Source: Ginglymostoma cirratum
Lineage: Eukaryota
DNA: 64,000 nucleotides
Assembly (NCBI GenBank): GCA_024137785.1
Contig: JAHRHZ010000051.1
Location: forward strand, 7,727,219-7,791,218
Reading direction: 5' to 3'
Shown: positions 26,721 through 41,500 of the stretch, piece after piece
How positions within the stretch are numbered: position 1 is the stretch's first letter
Layout of the letters: every line of letters begins with the position of its first letter
The notes under the pieces: model-generated
Databases searched by the model: none
The model's input: only the letters and a program-made list of their open reading frames with translations
What the model was told of the DNA's origin: nothing
Position numbers and translations under genes: made by a program

Positions 26721-29700
26721 ATAAATTGGAGATCAGAGAGTAAAAAGAAGCATTACTAACCAATCAGTCCTTTCTCCTGCCTCTTCAGTAGATACTCAAA
26801 GATGAGAGTAAAAACCCATGCTTACAAGGTGAAAAAAAGTTTTTAAAAATCCAAAGCAGAATCTCCTTCTGTCAACTCCCTCATCTCATCAAACTTCCAG
26901 CACTCCATTCAAGTCACATTCAGTTCTAAGATGCACAGATGCTGTATTTGTTTGTTCTAAAATAAAATTGTCAGTTGAGCCTTTCCAAAAGAAAAGTTGA
27001 AACTGTTAAGCTCATCTTAACTTTTGGAAAAAGTTTTAAGATTCCTTCAACTTACCAAACTCTAAGCTCTTCACTCTAGTCACACAAGGTGCTATGTTGC
27101 ACGCAAAACATATTTTAATATTTTTAAGCTATTGTACAGTGTGATTGATGAATAATTACATGATATCTTGCCTAGTTTTATTTTTAGAAATAGTGCAAAA
27201 ATAGTAATGAAAATAAATAATTAATATGAATGCAAAATATTGTCGGGCCTGAATTTTGTGTGAATTATGGCTAACGAAGCACTTATTTAGGCGTGTATAA
27301 GTCTCAGAAATCCTTTGTGCTATGGAAGTCACAAATACCTTCGCCCTGTTCTCATTTTAACACTTCTTCCCAGACTGAGGATTCATCTACGCCCAGATTT
27401 CCAGTCTTTTCACTCCAGAACCACTTTTAGTCACAATCAATAATGAAGATGCTTAATTAGATTTCAGGATGTTGATTGTTTTTATTTTGAAAAATGAGAT
27501 TTGAAAAGGAATTACAAAACATTACAGCACAAAAAAAAAGGCAGTCTGACCAACTGCTTCTCTAAGAAAGAAGAATAAGCTTAAATCCTTCATAATTATA
27601 AACTCTTAATTTTTTCTACACTGGGGGAACAATCACAGCTTCTGTAGTTTCTGTGCATAACTATGGTCCTTTCCCTTTTATTCCATTCTAGTATATGCTC
27701 TCTGACACTAACTAACATTCTGGTTTCCCTACTATTGTTCTCAGCTGAGGCCAAGCCGACATTTTGTAATGATTTAAAACAGCTTTCTTCCTTTGTACTC
27801 TGTAGCACTGTTTATGAAGATATCTTGCCAATAAAGGATTTGTATTTGTTCTAGGTGAGTGTTAATATTACATAGGTTTCAGCAGAACTAATTGGTACGC
27901 TGGTGATAGCATTTTTACTTCCTGGCATTTAGATGTCCCACCAGTACATCGCATAATTACAATGTGCAAATATAAAATTGTGTGTAATGTATGTTATAAA
28001 CAGTCTGGGAATAGTTGCTCCTGCAATTCAGCAAATTTATTAACTCAGATTGCAACTTATTATTTGACACAGATAAAATGAAGGCTTCCCATAGGGGTCA
28101 ACTTATAATGAACCAGTTTTCCTACTTACAAAACATCTCTTCTATAATCCAGTATCTCAGATGTGAATTTTCTCAGGCATTCTTCAATTTAATAATTTTT
28201 GATTTAGGCACTTGGTTATGAAATAGCTGAGGATACATGAGCTATTGTCGGCAGATTAACGCACTTTCCTAATGTCAGCACCATGAAGTCTAATTCCCCA
28301 GCCCCACCCACCTCCACAACTACCACCATACACAGTAGAATTAAGGTTCCAGGAAGGCCAATTTTTGAAAGAAAGATGTGTCAAACAGACTAAACCCAGG
28401 TTATTTCTTAAGGCCATCAGAAATCAGAGTTAACGTTTTGGGCCCGGTGACACTTCCTCTGAGGTGAGGAGACAGAGAGACTTTAAACATGTAACAAATA
28501 AAGCAGATTTGTGAAAGAACATTTTTCTTGGTTTGGACCACCATATAAAGGCATTATGGTGGCATGAAATCTGGCACACTTCTGCAAAGGACAAAAAAAT
28601 GTTTTCATTAAGCAATGTGGAAGCAATTTCCCAGAAGTGCATGAATCAAGTTAAGTGTAGGTTTGATTGACCAAAGGTCATTGCCTTAATACAGAAATAC
28701 ACTGCTTTTGTCACAAGTACTTAGAGATCTGACTGAATTTGGCACCCTGCAGAAATTAATGACTGTCTACCATGCCAAATATCGAAGGCAGCAAATCACA
28801 TCAAATCTCATCACATACAAAATGAGACTTGAATATTTGATACCAAAAGATAGCAAATTAACTGAAGAGGGTAAAATGCAGTTTTCAAAAATACAGAATT
28901 GTTCTGGAAGTAAAGTCCTCAATTTGTAATAGATGGCAGCAACCATCACTGATAAAACAAAAATCCAAAATTGAAGCAAACCAAAAAAAAGGTTTTCAAA
29001 TACCAACCATGCGTATGTGGGTATGCATGAGATGAAGGTGCTTTCTACTACATAAAATCTGTAACTTTCTCTACAAAATGACTTCAAGATAACACAAAAA
29101 TACTTGGCTAGATAAAGTTTACTAAAAGGACAATCTCTTTGAGCACACACCTAATGTATCCAATTCCACATAAATTACATTTTGAATATTTTATGAAGTG
29201 TGAAAGCAAATTTTAAGATTCATACATACGCTTGTTTGCATGCACCTAAATGTCAGACTGTATAGAGCAAACCAACTCTTGATTTGCAGAAATGCTCCAT
29301 CCTAAAATAAATACAAAGCCAGTAGCAAAATTATTGCATAGGATGTAAATTCCATGGAACAGGTTCATTGTTCAATTACTTATGCTTTGCCTCATCACAG
29401 AGGATAAACATTATTCCTTGAGAATAAAATTACTGTTGGGAATTCCCTTGTGGGCTCTATTGTGGGACACTGTCTAGATTGGCTCCAGAGATCTCCAGAT
29501 TTTATCTTCACCATCTACCCTGTCCATTCCAGCCCCTGATTCCCCTTGTCCCTCTTAGGCCCTGGAAACATTCAAATTGCCACCAACACCATCCATCCTA
29601 CCCCACTACCCTTACTCCCTCCCCAAAACATCCCAGTCTCACCTTGCATCCTGCTCTAGTGATTAAAGATTACTGGGTACTGAAGATGTGGTCCCTGCAG

Positions 29701-30974
29701 TGATCACCACTTCCAGTGGCACTGCTGGGACAGAAGAGCTGCCAGCCATCCGGTTGTGCAGCAGCACTTGGGAGGCAGGACTTCCTCTGCAGATGGAGAT
29801 GAAAGTTTCACTTAACATCTCAATGGAAGTCACTGCGAAGCCATGGCACTGAGCAAGAAGCTATGCCCATTTCCATGTCGGCCAAGCCCTGAGTTTTTCT
29901 TCTTTACATTCACTGAATATTTCCTGCATTTCCTGTTTTTATGTCAGATTCCCCATGCCTGCAATGTTTTGCATCTGAATGCCTTCAGTACCTTGGTAGG
30001 GAGACTGAAACATGGTGATGGGGTCAGAGCCATTGACCTGCTGACAGTGGGTGATGGGGCCCTCTACATCAACTACTGGTGCACCCAGCTTATGTGAGAG
30101 TGTTACTATCATTTCTGGGAAGGCTGGGGAAGTACACTGTGAAATATTATTCTGTTATTCATATCCATTCTGATACATCTACCCATGAATATAATATGCA
30201 TATTATTTCAAAGAGATGAAGCTTTCTCCGAGCTAGTTAGGGGTCTGATACCGACTCCTGCCAAAGAACACATACCTCTGAGAAAGATTGTATGCATTCT
30301 TCTGTAGCATAATGAATTGCAAAACAACCACAAAAGATGTAATCTAACATATCAATCGTTATAAAAATAAAAAGCTGCCACTAATGTGATTGCTGAAGTT
30401 TATTTTTCTACAGTAGAATAGGTTGTTCATTTTTTTTTATAATTCAAATTCAACTCCCACAGGCCCATCAATGCAAGCAAGATCTGAAGCAAATTGTGTG
30501 CTTTCATCCCTTTCATTTTCCCAACTGACATTTCAGTTAGTGAGGAATCAAAGCATCTAAATACTAATCCCCTTGTACCTTTAGGTTTCATAATAGGCAA
30601 TTTTCAGTGATTGCACAATAGATTAAAAAAAGGTTTTTGTTTATAAAATTTTCAGTAGCCTTTGGAACAAATGTGATGAAAGCTCATTGCTCTTCAGATC
30701 ACATGAATTTCAGAACAACCAGGTTTTAATAAATAAAGCGAGCTTTAATCCTTCAGTATCCATATGCCTAGGGGGGAATGGAGCAAAACAGGCTACAAAT
30801 GTTCAGTGGTTCCATCACCAGTCTGACACTGAATCAGTTGATTTCAATCATGACAACAGTAGCTGCACTGCGCATGACTTCAGTGTTAGATTGGTCTTGT
30901 GTTCCTGTTCAGTGGCTGTGCATATGCAAGGTGTCACTGAAGACAATATTGTGATATCAATATACTAAACATAC

Positions 30975-31530
30975 TTTAGCACTTCATTGGCCTTTAATGC
31001 AAAAGAAATGGAGGGTACAAGGTGGGAGGTCTCACTACAGCTACACAAGTCATTGATGAAACCTGGAGTCCTATGAGCAGTTTTGGACTCCTTACTTGAG
31101 GAGGGACGTACTTGCATTTTTATGAGACTGATTCCAAGGTTGAAGAAGTTGCATTATGAGGAAAGATTGAGCAGGCAGGGCATTTAACCATTGGACTTTT
31201 AAAACAGTGAGAATTGACCTTATTGAAATATAAGATTTTAAAGGGACTTTACAGAATAGATGTTGGGAATACATTTACTCTTGTAGGGGAATCTGGGACC
31301 AGGGAGTACCATCTAAAAATATGGGTTCTCCCATTTAAAGTGGTGATAATAAGGAATATCATCTCTCACAGGGTCACTCGTCTTTGGATAGCTTTTTCAC
31401 AGAAAGCAATGGAGACTGAGTTATTGAATATGTCAAGGCTGAGCTAGACAGATAAGGCGGCGGGGGGGCGGTATGGCAGGCAGGCAGGAGTTAAAACCAT
31501 GCCAGATCAGCGATAATCTTATCAAATTTT
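30975..31530 (+). mobile_element. CR1 3' fragment
   Basis: YKILKGLYRID..FTLVGESGTREYHLKI. Confidence 0.8.
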
Positions 31531-32399
31531 ACTTGTATATGAAGGATAAAAGCGTTCAGAATCCGCTTGTGCAAAGGGTAACATCTCCACGAAGTGATCG
31601 AGTGGTGAGTTTGAAAAGTCCATATTACCCATGTACCTGTGTATGCTACTAAATCACATTATGGGGAATAAAATGATGTCTTTTTTGAACAAACTGACCC
31701 TTAAACATGGTATAGGAGAACAAGGAGCCAATGTTATGGACATGATATGTTAAAGAAAATGTGAATTCTATAAAATGTGAATTCAGACTGTTGTCTTCAT
31801 GGCTTTGGATTACAGACCACTAATAAGTTTTCAGGGTGTCTCTGCAGTCCATCAATTTGTCTTCCAGCAGCTTACTAAAACTGGTGCCTGGGCACCATGG
31901 TGCACAAATCTGCTCTCTATCAGGATGACAGTGTTCATTCTCCCACCTCTGGCACTTTGCCAGTGTCCTGGGTGCTGCCTTTCAGTCAGACTGAAATTGT
32001 GCAGCCGCAAGGAGGTCTTCAGCATTTTCCCTCTCTATACATCAGCATCTTCCATCAACCATTCTCCAGGCCACTGGAGTAACACTGCCTGGTGGGACTG
32101 GGATTGAGCGCAAAGGCATACCCAGATTCAAGCACAAAGCGCATGCACAAGGCTGGTTAGTTGGCTTCTCTACATAATACAGCAATGGTCTCATTTATAA
32201 ATTTACTATTGAATAATTACTTCGTCTTCGATTTTATTTTCCAACTAAGCAAAAACTGTGATGGTCAATGACAGAGTGAAGGGAAGGGAAGGTAGGGAAC
32301 TGTTGGCGAATGATAAACTGGTGTTACAGTGACCAGTATCATACTCATGTGAGTCCTTCATCGACTGTGCCAGTAGAAAGGTTCTCCCTAGGCTGACTC

Positions 32400-32960
32400 C
32401 TCTCTTTGTCTTCTTGGTCCTCAGCACTTCATATCTGATGAGAATGGCTGCCTTCTCACGGTAGGAAAATTGTGCACCATGCAACAGACGGTCAAGAGTC
32501 TTGGCATCCACATGAATGCCATGTACTCGAGTGGTGCAAGCAGCCAAAGCATGATGTCAGTACCCAATGTGTCTGCCCGAACACCATTCATTCAGCAGCA
32601 TGTAACTCTCACTATATACATGCTACCCATGTGGGCTGGGGTTTGTGCAATGATAGTCATTACCAACATCATCAATGAATGAATGAATGGTTCTCTTCAT
32701 CTTAGTGCACCCTTTGACTTGCCCTGGGCCGGCTCAAATGTCGCTAGTGCAATCCACCACGCCATGTGGACTGTTGCCAGAGTACAGAGTATTGACCTGC
32801 AGGATTCTGTCTTCATTAACCCACTCACTGACAGTCGAAGAGGTGAAATTCCCTTGGGCTGCATTACAGGGTAGAGTTGAGATGCCAAACCCAAAAAGCG
32901 TTGTGCAATCCATCAATGGGAAAGCAAGCAGCCCTCACAAAGCCATATCCTTCTGTTATT
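32400..32960 (-). mobile_element. Degenerate PIF/Harbinger (HARBI1-like) transposase relic
   Basis: Minus-strand remnants in the expected order: GF.RAACFP / DCT, QVNTLYSGNS (cf. VNARYPGS.HD), SES.HAA, QT.GVL, CFGCL and VCCMVHNF (cf. VCCMLHN). Confidence 0.65.
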
Positions 32961-32964
32961 CTGA

Positions 32965-33600
32965 AAGGGCTTGATAGGCTGGATACTGTTAAGAAGGTTC
33001 CACTCATGGAGGGAATGCTGCAATTAGAAAGCACAGGCCCTGAATGAGGGAATCTCCCATTTAAGATGGAATTGAAGAGGAAATTCTTCTCTCTGACGAC
33101 TGCGGCTCTTTGGAATTCTCTATCACACGAGCAAGGTATACCTGTTATAGATCAGGAAAGAACATGGAACTAAGGCCAAGATCAGATCAGCCATGATCTT
33201 ATTGAGTGGTGGAGCAGGCTCATTGAGTTGAATGGTCTGCTCCACTCTTATTTCAGAAGATCTGCTCTGGGAAATTTGTTAGCAAAGTTTAAAATTATGC
33301 AGGCGATTGCAAGAATAGGTTTGAGAACCAGAGGACACAGGGTCATAGTAGTTGGCAAAAGAAGTGACAAAGACATGAGGAAAAAAATTGTTTCCCACAG
33401 CAAGTGGCTAGAATCTGGGATACACGGCCCAGGAACATAGGGGAGGAAGCTCCAATTATCAGTTTTTAAACAGGAACGGAAAAATCTCCTGAAGAGAAAA
33501 GGGCAGAGATGTGGGGCTAATGGTGCCACTCTTGCAGATAGCTTACACAGGCATCTCAGACTCGATGGTCTCCTGCTGTGCAGTAACCCCTCTGTGACGC
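32965..33600 (+). mobile_element. Two adjacent CR1 3' fragments
   Basis: agatcagccatgatcttattgagtggtggagcaggctc tail; LRTRGHRVIVVGKR. Confidence 0.75.
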
Positions 33601-34019
33601 TTTTAGTGGAAGTCCCATTTAGCCTTGCCCTGCTAATTTGCAATGCCCAGCTACGTCAGTCTATTGTTAGGTCAGACATACAACCTGGCTCAGGGCATGC
33701 CTGCTTAACTTCGTGTGCAACCTGAGTTGGGAAATTCCGCTGTATACACAAAATTTACCAATAATAACTTTCTTTATCCATTCGTGAGGCTGCAAACTCA
33801 TCCATGCTTTGACTTCTCTCACAGATGTGCATAAATAATTCATACTGCATCTTTAGCAAAATCTTTAAAATTGCTGTTTCCCCCCCACTTTGCATTTATT
33901 TCAGTGAAGCCATTATTGGTTAGGATCAGTCCTCAAACTACAGTACCAGTTTTAACTTGCTCTTGGCTATGCTGTAATGTTGATGCTCATTTTGCTAAGA
34001 AGGGTAAAAAAAATGACTT

Positions 34020-34362
34020 TTTGGGGACATTCGATAAGGTGAATGGCAGGTGTTTTTTCCCTAGGGTGAGGGATTTCAAGACTAGGGGACATATCTTTAA
34101 GGAGAGAGGAGAAAGATTTGAAAAATACACGAAGGTGCAATCTTTTCACACAGAGAGAGGTTCGTGTGTGGAGTGAACTTCCAGAGGAAGTAGTGGATGT
34201 GGGTACAGTTACAATATTGAAAAGACATTTGGATAAGTACATGAATAAGAAATGTTTGGAGGGACATGGGCCAAGCAGGTACGACTAGTTTAGTTTGGGA
34301 TTATGGTCGGCATGAACTGGTTGGACTAAAAGGCCTGTTTCCATGCTGTATGACTGTATGAC
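34020..34362 (+). mobile_element. CR1 3' fragment
   Basis: FFPRVRDFKTRGHIFKERGERF; tgctgtatgactgtatgact tail; close to 55430-55820. Confidence 0.85.
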
Positions 34363-35039
34363 TTTATCCAATCTCTTTTCAAGGCACATGCAATATTTCA
34401 TTTTGTGCGAATCCAGAATGTCTTCAGAGAAACTATGTAGACCCCCTTCCTATTGCATCAGTATCGAAACCTTTGCCTTTGCAGTCAGCTGGGCAGAATA
34501 TCTTTAATTGTATTGGGCTTACAGGTATTCCTAGATGCAGAATAAGGACTATATGGGCCTGGGTCTCAACAAAAATTTAGTTACTCCATGAAAGTACCTT
34601 CTCAAGCACAATTAATGATGAGAAAGAAATGATGCCCTAACTGGCACTACTCACATCCTGTGAAAGAATAAAACAATTAATTAATATATATTGGTCATTG
34701 AAGAATCAAATTGGCTGCGTTGGCAACATATCTTACTTTCTTCTCAGCTCCGCATCAAAGTGCACTACTACATCCAAACTATGAGAGGAAAACCTGCCAG
34801 ACTGGTCCTGATATTCTACATACTACAATTACTTTCGAAGACATTCAAAAGAATCCCTGGAAAAAATTCTTCAACAGCAAGAGTTTAAAGCCAATGATGC
34901 TAATTCACACAGACTTCCATTGACTTTGGCCAAATTTAGAACCGAAGATGGGGAGAAACTCCTTTTAATTCTATTATACCTTTTCACTCAACATTGCCAA
35001 ATTGATGTTTAATAAGTAATTTGGATAAAAATTTAAAAC

Positions 35040-35360
35040 AGAATCATAGAATCCCTACAGTGCAGATTGGGCTCATTCAGCCCATCGGCACTGATCCTCT
35101 GAAGACCATCCCACCCAGATCCACACCCTCTACCCTAACCCTGTAACCCTACAATTATCATAGTCAACCCACCTAGCCCGCGCAACCCTGGACACTATGG
35201 ACAAAGTAGCATGGCCAATCTGCCTAAACTGCACATCTTTGGACTGTGGGAGAAAACTCTCACAGACACAGGAAGAAGGTGCAAACTCCACACAGTCACC
35301 CGACCTGGAACTGATCCTTGATCCCTGAGGCAGCAGTGCTAACCACTGTGCCACCCTACG
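35040..35360 (-). mobile_element. HE1-type V-SINE (tRNA head, V-domain, CR1 tail)
   Basis: Minus strand ggtggcacagtggttagcactgctgcctca...gtgtggagtttgcac...cccacagtccaaagatgtgcag; tail actgtagggattctatgattct. Confidence 0.9.
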
Positions 35361-35964
35361 TAAATACATAAAGATTGTTACAGTATATTGAATGACAGAC
35401 ACTTAGGAAAACATAATTAAAAGCAGAAGAAACCTTTAGAATTTCACCACTCCTTTCAGAACTTGCTGGTCAGATTGATCAAGTGTGTGTCACTACTGCC
35501 CTCTCTAGGTAACACATCAAAACACCATGTTTAAATTTTATATAATTCCATCTCATACAAAAAAAGTGTACAATTGTCCACCTTTGCATTAATATGCTTT
35601 ACATATTTTTAAAACTCTGTGTTAACACAGTCATTTTACATTTTACACTATAATACTGTAGTTGAGCTTTTGGGGCATTTCTAAACCTTTGATTACACAA
35701 CTCACCTTGGCCATTCTTGATGCTGGAAAAGAGATGACAGTGAATCAAGGAGAGTACACTAGCTTGAAAACTGACACCATGATATTTGGAGGTTGGTGTT
35801 GTGAAACAAAGCTGGAGTTGGAAGGGTGTCATGGGGCAGTCCAAGAAATCTGAGAGTCATGCACGTCCTACCAGATTTAACTGCAGATTCTCATTATTAT
35901 TTCCCTCCCTCTGTTTTATAACTGAGAGGCATCCAGATCAACAGCCTGACTGGCTGCCAGGTCG

Positions 35965-36285
35965 GGGACAATGGCCTAGTAGTATTATCACTGGACTGTT
36001 AATTCAGAGTGCCAGGTAATGTTCTGCGGACCTGGGTTCAAATCCAGCCAAGGCAGATGGCGGAATTTGAATTCAATTAAAAATATCTGGCATTAAGAAT
36101 CCAATGATGACCATGAATCCGTTGCCAGTTGTCAGGAAGAATCCATCTGGTTCACTAATGTCCTTTAGGGAGGGAAACTCCATCCTTACCGGTCTGGCCT
36201 ACATATGACTCGAGACCCACAGCAAAGTGGTTGACCCTTTGCTAGCCTAGCCAGTGACACCCTCATCCCATGAAAGAATAAAACT
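35965..36285 (+). mobile_element. tRNA-derived SINE with LINE-like tail
   Basis: A-box tggcctagtag, B-box gggttcaaatcc; tail gccagtgacaccctcatcccatgaaagaataaaa, with related tails at ~18280 and ~34640. Confidence 0.8.
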
Positions 36286-36519
36286 AAAAGGCAGAGACCA
36301 CTGGCGGGTGCAGAGTTTTTGCAAGGATAGCTGGGGGAGGCTGGGAATGGGACAATCATTGGTCTGGCAGCTCATGGCTGCGGTTCATTGAGGGATTGGT
36401 GGCAGGCTGTGTGAACAGGAAATCAGAGATCACTGAACGGAGGAGAGGAAAAGAGTTTGGTTGGGCTGAGGACTGTCACAACGCAAGCTCCTCGCAAACA
36501 GTGCTGCATCTACTTGACG

Positions 36520-36872
36520 TCACTTGACAGGGTAGATGTGGAATGGTTATTTTCCCCTTGTCGGAGAGTCTAGGACCAGAGGACACAATTCCAGAGTAAG
36601 AGGTTGCACATTTAAGACAGAGATGAAGAGGAATTTGTCCTTTCAGAGGGTGGTAAAGCTGTGGAAGTCTTTATCACAGAGTACTGTCGAGGCTGAGTTA
36701 TTAAGTATATTTAAGGCTAAGGCAGACAGAGTTATAATCAGTAAGAGAATCAGGGGTTATGAGAAAAAGGCAGGAAAGTGGAGTTGAGGATTACCAGATA
36801 TCTTAGTGAATGGTGGCGCAGACTAGATGGGCTGAATGGTCCACTTCTGCTCCTACATCTTATGGTCTTATC
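36520..36872 (+). mobile_element. CR1 3' fragment
   Basis: FPLVGESRTRGHN.RVRGCTFKTEMKRN..FQRVVKLWKSL; tcttatggtcttat tail. Confidence 0.85.
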
Positions 36873-37019
36873 AAAGGCTCACAAATCACAGATGTGAGGA
36901 GGAATGGTTTGTTTGAGGGCCTGGAGAGCTGTACCGCTCCTCCTGGATTAAAAACAGTGCTCCAGAAAGAACTTCCTGATTGACCTAGGCATCAAGTAGT
37001 TTATCCAGCAGATGGGGTG

Positions 37020-37330
37020 TTACATGTGATGTTTATGTATTTTGGTTGTGAGAATAGAAAACCAGGATGTCTTTTTTAAAACTATGAAACTTGTAAATGT
37101 TGATGTTCAGAGAGATTGATCATATACAAGGAACACCAAAAGTCAGCATGAAGATACAAGAAGCAATTAGGAAGGCAAAAGGCATGTTGACCTTTATTGC
37201 AAGGTAATTGGAATACGGAGTAAAGAGATCCTGCTCCAATTGTACAGAGCTTTGATGTGACTATAACTGTGATACTGCATGCAGTTTTGGTCTCCATGTA
37301 CAAGGAATGGTGCACTTGCAATGGAGGTAG
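37020..37330 (+). mobile_element. CR1 ORF2 fragment
   Basis: AIRKAKGMLTFIAR..EY. Confidence 0.7.
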
Positions 37331-37589
37331 TGCAAATAAGGCTGAACTGGAATCGTACATGTGTAAGGTACTAGTCCGCATCGAAGCTAAGAGAAATGCC
37401 TAATTAAGAATAGATAAATACTTTCGCTACCCAGTAGGCAGTTATGCCAATGGCATCTTGGTCGGACAGGGGATTAATGAAAAGACAGTTATGGACAAAG
37501 ATGTTATATAAGAATTTGAGCGTATCTCAGACTCAAAACAAATACTGGAAAGATTAGAGGGAATAATCTGGACATAAATGGCATCCTAG

Positions 37590-37678
37590 ATAACAAGGTG
37601 TGGAGCTGGATGAACACAGCAGGCCAAGCAGCATCATAGGAGCAGGAAAGCTTGACGTTTCGGGCCTAGACCCTTCAC
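37590..37678 (-). mobile_element. Short Penelope pseudo-LTR insertion truncated inside the hammerhead core
   Basis: Minus strand tgaagggtctaggcccGAAACGTCaag...; 8-bp TSD catcctag at 37582-37589 and 37679-37686. Confidence 0.8.
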
Positions 37679-38214
37679 CATCCTAGTGGTTCCACTTCGT
37701 GAAGCCATGTGACAACATTGTTGCAGGGCTTACAAGAAGCAAGTCCCACCCCGAATAACAAATGTAAGGTGTCATGATTAACCATTACATTTACAAAACA
37801 CATTGTGCATGCGTCAGGCATCTGGGGTGATCAATAAAAAAGCAAAGCAATCAGAGAACTTCCACTCACACCGTCAGAAAGCTTTAGCAATTTCTGGAGA
37901 TGGTCAACCAAGTTGGAAAGTTCTTATTCAGTTTCCTACATGTTAATGAACTCCTGCAAGAACTGCAAAGACAAGACCATGTACAGTGTTGTGAGGAAAA
38001 TCAACAAAGGAGATATTAATTTGGCAAGAATTATTATTATGATTCAAAACAGCCAATTGCACGCAGTATTACAGGTATAGTCACACCAAATTGGACCAGG
38101 ATCTCTTTACACCATATTCCAATTACCATGCAATAAATGCCAACGTGTTCTTTGTTTTTCTAATTGCTTCTTGTACCTTCATGCTGACTTTGGTGTTCCT
38201 TGTATAAATGACTA

Positions 38215-38580
38215 GACTGGGAGCAGGACTTATTGTAAATTCAGGGGGACGCATAGATCCATGTACTATGCATCTCAACTCTTTGACACAAAAAGGCAAA
38301 GACACACAGTTAATGAAAAGGAAGCATTAGCTGCTACATGGGCTTGTAAGAAGATGCAGTCTATTTCACAGGTCTTTAATTCGCAACTAAGACAAACTAT
38401 TGGTTACTTTATTCAATGCTGAATTAGCAGAGATGTCTCAAAAGATTGATGATAGTTTGAGACAGTAGAGTATGTTGAAGGGAGAAAACAATCCACAACA
38501 GACCTATTCTAGTTGAAAAACATGAACATGAGTATACAAATTTTGTCAAAGATGTAGAGACCAATACTTTACTGACCACA
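38215..38580 (+). mobile_element. Gypsy RNase H fragment
   Basis: YYAS...NEKEALAATWACKK. Confidence 0.65.
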
Positions 38581-41500
38581 AAACATCTACTGGCGAGGTT
38601 TCAAGGATAAAATTCGTGGGTAATTTGGCAGGGTAGGAAATAATAAGAATTTTGAAAGAAGAGGTGGGTAGGTTGGTAGAGTGAAAGATGCTTCAAAGAA
38701 GATAAAGTGGAAATATCAATTCCGGACCATCTACTCCTGTTCCTTTGTTTTTTATGTTTGTATGTTAATATAAGATACTGAATTGAGAAATAAACTGTTT
38801 GTTTAACTCCAGTGTTAGCTGTATAGCTGTCGACATTACTGTAAAATATTGACAATGTAGGAATTAATTCAACAATTCTTTTCCACCCCAGACAGAATAA
38901 TCATAAATTGTTCAAAAGTCATGAAATTATCAAACTGGGCATTTTCACAAGTGATAGATGATATAATCACTTATAAAGTGTAATGTTATTGAGCAATGAA
39001 GTGGTAAAACAAATTTGTTTATGTATTGCCAAGGTGATGAAGGCTAAGTAAAAATGCTGATTTGTCAAATTAGAGTGGTATTTACTTATCGTGATAGGAA
39101 ACTACTATGATTTGAAAGAACATAAGACTGACCAAGTATTTGGCATGAATTTAAGGAACAATACGCTGTGCATTCAGGACAAAGTTGAGGTTTGTTCTTG
39201 GCATATGACAAATAGACACAGAAAATGATTTGATGTACTGCGGTATAGAGACTGGAGCGGTAATAAAATGAAATGCTCAACATTGCAGTAAACTGCAGAG
39301 ATTATCTGCAAAAGCATTTGTCTTTGTCTCTCTCACCAAAACTGTATGAAATTATGGAAGAAATCATTACTTTTTCTAGCATTTTCTTTTCCTTGGTCAG
39401 CACTGAATTAGGCAGAAGAAACACTGGAGCTTTTGACATTATATGAAGGGCGTAGGAAGGGAGTGATAGTATGGGTTAAACGCAGTAAAAGAAAGAATAG
39501 AGAGGTCCTGTTGAATGTAATGACAGAACAATGTTGGAATTCTTTGCTTCCATTTCGTGTCAGGCTGGTCAGCTGTCGGGCAGGAAAACCCATTGGCAGG
39601 AGACCGAGCCAATGTTCCTTGGGAACCAAATAAAGGGGGGAGGGGGGCAGAAGAGATTATCAATTCCAGGAGGATGGGGTGGGGAATCAAGTCTTGTATG
39701 TGGGATGTCACTGACAGTATGCAAAAAGAGAGGCTATAATTGGCAGAGAGGAGCCTTTGCGGCTCTCAGCCACAGGATGTGCTATAAGTGGCGCTTACAT
39801 TCTTGGGCTAATAGCTCCTGCCTCCTTTCTTCTCCTGCTGGGACTCTCAATTCCTGGCAAACGGATGCAGCAAACAGCTCACAATTAGAGTTTAGCAGCC
39901 AAATCTAAATATGTTAATCAAATGGGACAACTGAGCAACACTAAACCCACCTCTGTAAGAATGGCCAAGTGTGCCTACAGACATTCCACGGTAGTTTTAA
40001 GTTATTTTACACACCCTTACACCACCACCGCCCCAACCAAACACCTGTTTGTCTGGGACCAAGATGTCTAAGCCAGTGGGTCATATTCTTGGGAACAGTT
40101 TGGCAATTTTACACAAAATTGAAAAATAGTGAATACATTCACAATACCATCGTAGTACAAAAGGTCTGAAAAGGTGACTGAGGTTAGCAACACTATCTCC
40201 GTAATAAGGATTGGGAAGCTCTCAAACTGAGACCAACTATGCTGATTCAATATTGGATAATAACATCTGGACTTCACTGGGAATGGTACACGTCTTCTCA
40301 ACACCCTAGCATACAACAAGGAATGAAGGGAAGCACTTGTGGTAGTGTCCCTACCACTGGCCTAGGAGGCCAAGTTAAAGTCTGCTCCAAAACTGCGTCA
40401 AATCATTTATGAACAGGTTGGGTTGGAAATATCTAAAATGGGGAATAAGCTATCCAAAAGTTCCCTTTTTCCCTCCTTTTTTCCTTTTATTTTGAAAGTA
40501 ATGTCAGTAGCCTGTAAATAAATAAGATAATACAGCTTGCTGGTGTCCAATGCCTAAGCTGACATACAAAGAACCATCATTAGCCCGAGTTTCCCAGGGC
40601 AGGGGTGAGGTGGGGGCCTATTGAGTTGTCTTTTGCAATGAGTCACTGAGCAGATTTTCAATTCCATTTATCCTTAAAATAGGAACAGATGGGAATCAGC
40701 TGAGCAATAACTCAGAAAGAAATTGGGTTTCACCGAAATTCACATATCTGGCTCAGTGGATTTCCTGGTCATTGTGAGGTGAGCAATGAAGATTTCTGTT
40801 CAAAGTAGATGACAGCTTTACTCCTGATTCACATGGAGTGGGGGCATGAAGTGTGTGATTTCCTGAAAGGCAGATGTGCAGGCCACCGGCATAACTCACA
40901 CTCAAGAATATTCAGTTCCAGGATGGCTCAGGGCAGACCTTACAGTGGAATGTATATTGAGATTGAGGGGTATTAAAGCAGAGGAGACTGGGGAAAAGGC
41001 TGAATTCACGACAATGGAACATGTTCAAGCAAGGAAATTTCTGACGAACTTGAGAAGGTTGTAAATGAAAAATGCACCTAAATAATCTCCAGATTCCCAA
41101 TCGCCCCCCCTTAACTGGTATTTCCAAATAGATTGGCAATCCTCAAAGCCAATTTGACAAGACAACACAGCTTAAACTGCCCATGATCTAGTCTATGCCC
41201 TTACTCTGTCATTTAAATATCTATAACCGCTGAAACAAGTGAAATGGTGCCAGCCTGGTATATGTTGTGCTCGTGTTGGATAACCCTTCCCAAGAGAACT
41301 GTATCACAGACGATATCTGTATTGCACGCAACAATGTGCTACAGGATCACTACATCCTACTAAACACAACTTTTGGGAAAAGTCAGCAGTGACTGTGCTT
41401 TTAAGGAGGCAGATGCAGCTCTTTGCCATTTGTGTCAAGAAACATAAGAACACAAGAATCACGAGTTTGAAAGTCATTTGACCCTTCAAGCCTTCTCCAC

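Noticed and set aside
34737-34856. 120-nt minus-strand segment with ttttttccag / gtaaga sites
   Set aside because: Stops in all three frames, a short pyrimidine tract and no homology; indistinguishable from a chance pseudo-exon.
35300-35360. tRNA gene (also considered at ~35965-36050 and ~20340-20403)
   Set aside because: The A/B boxes belong to SINE heads followed by SINE bodies; no complete cloverleaf.
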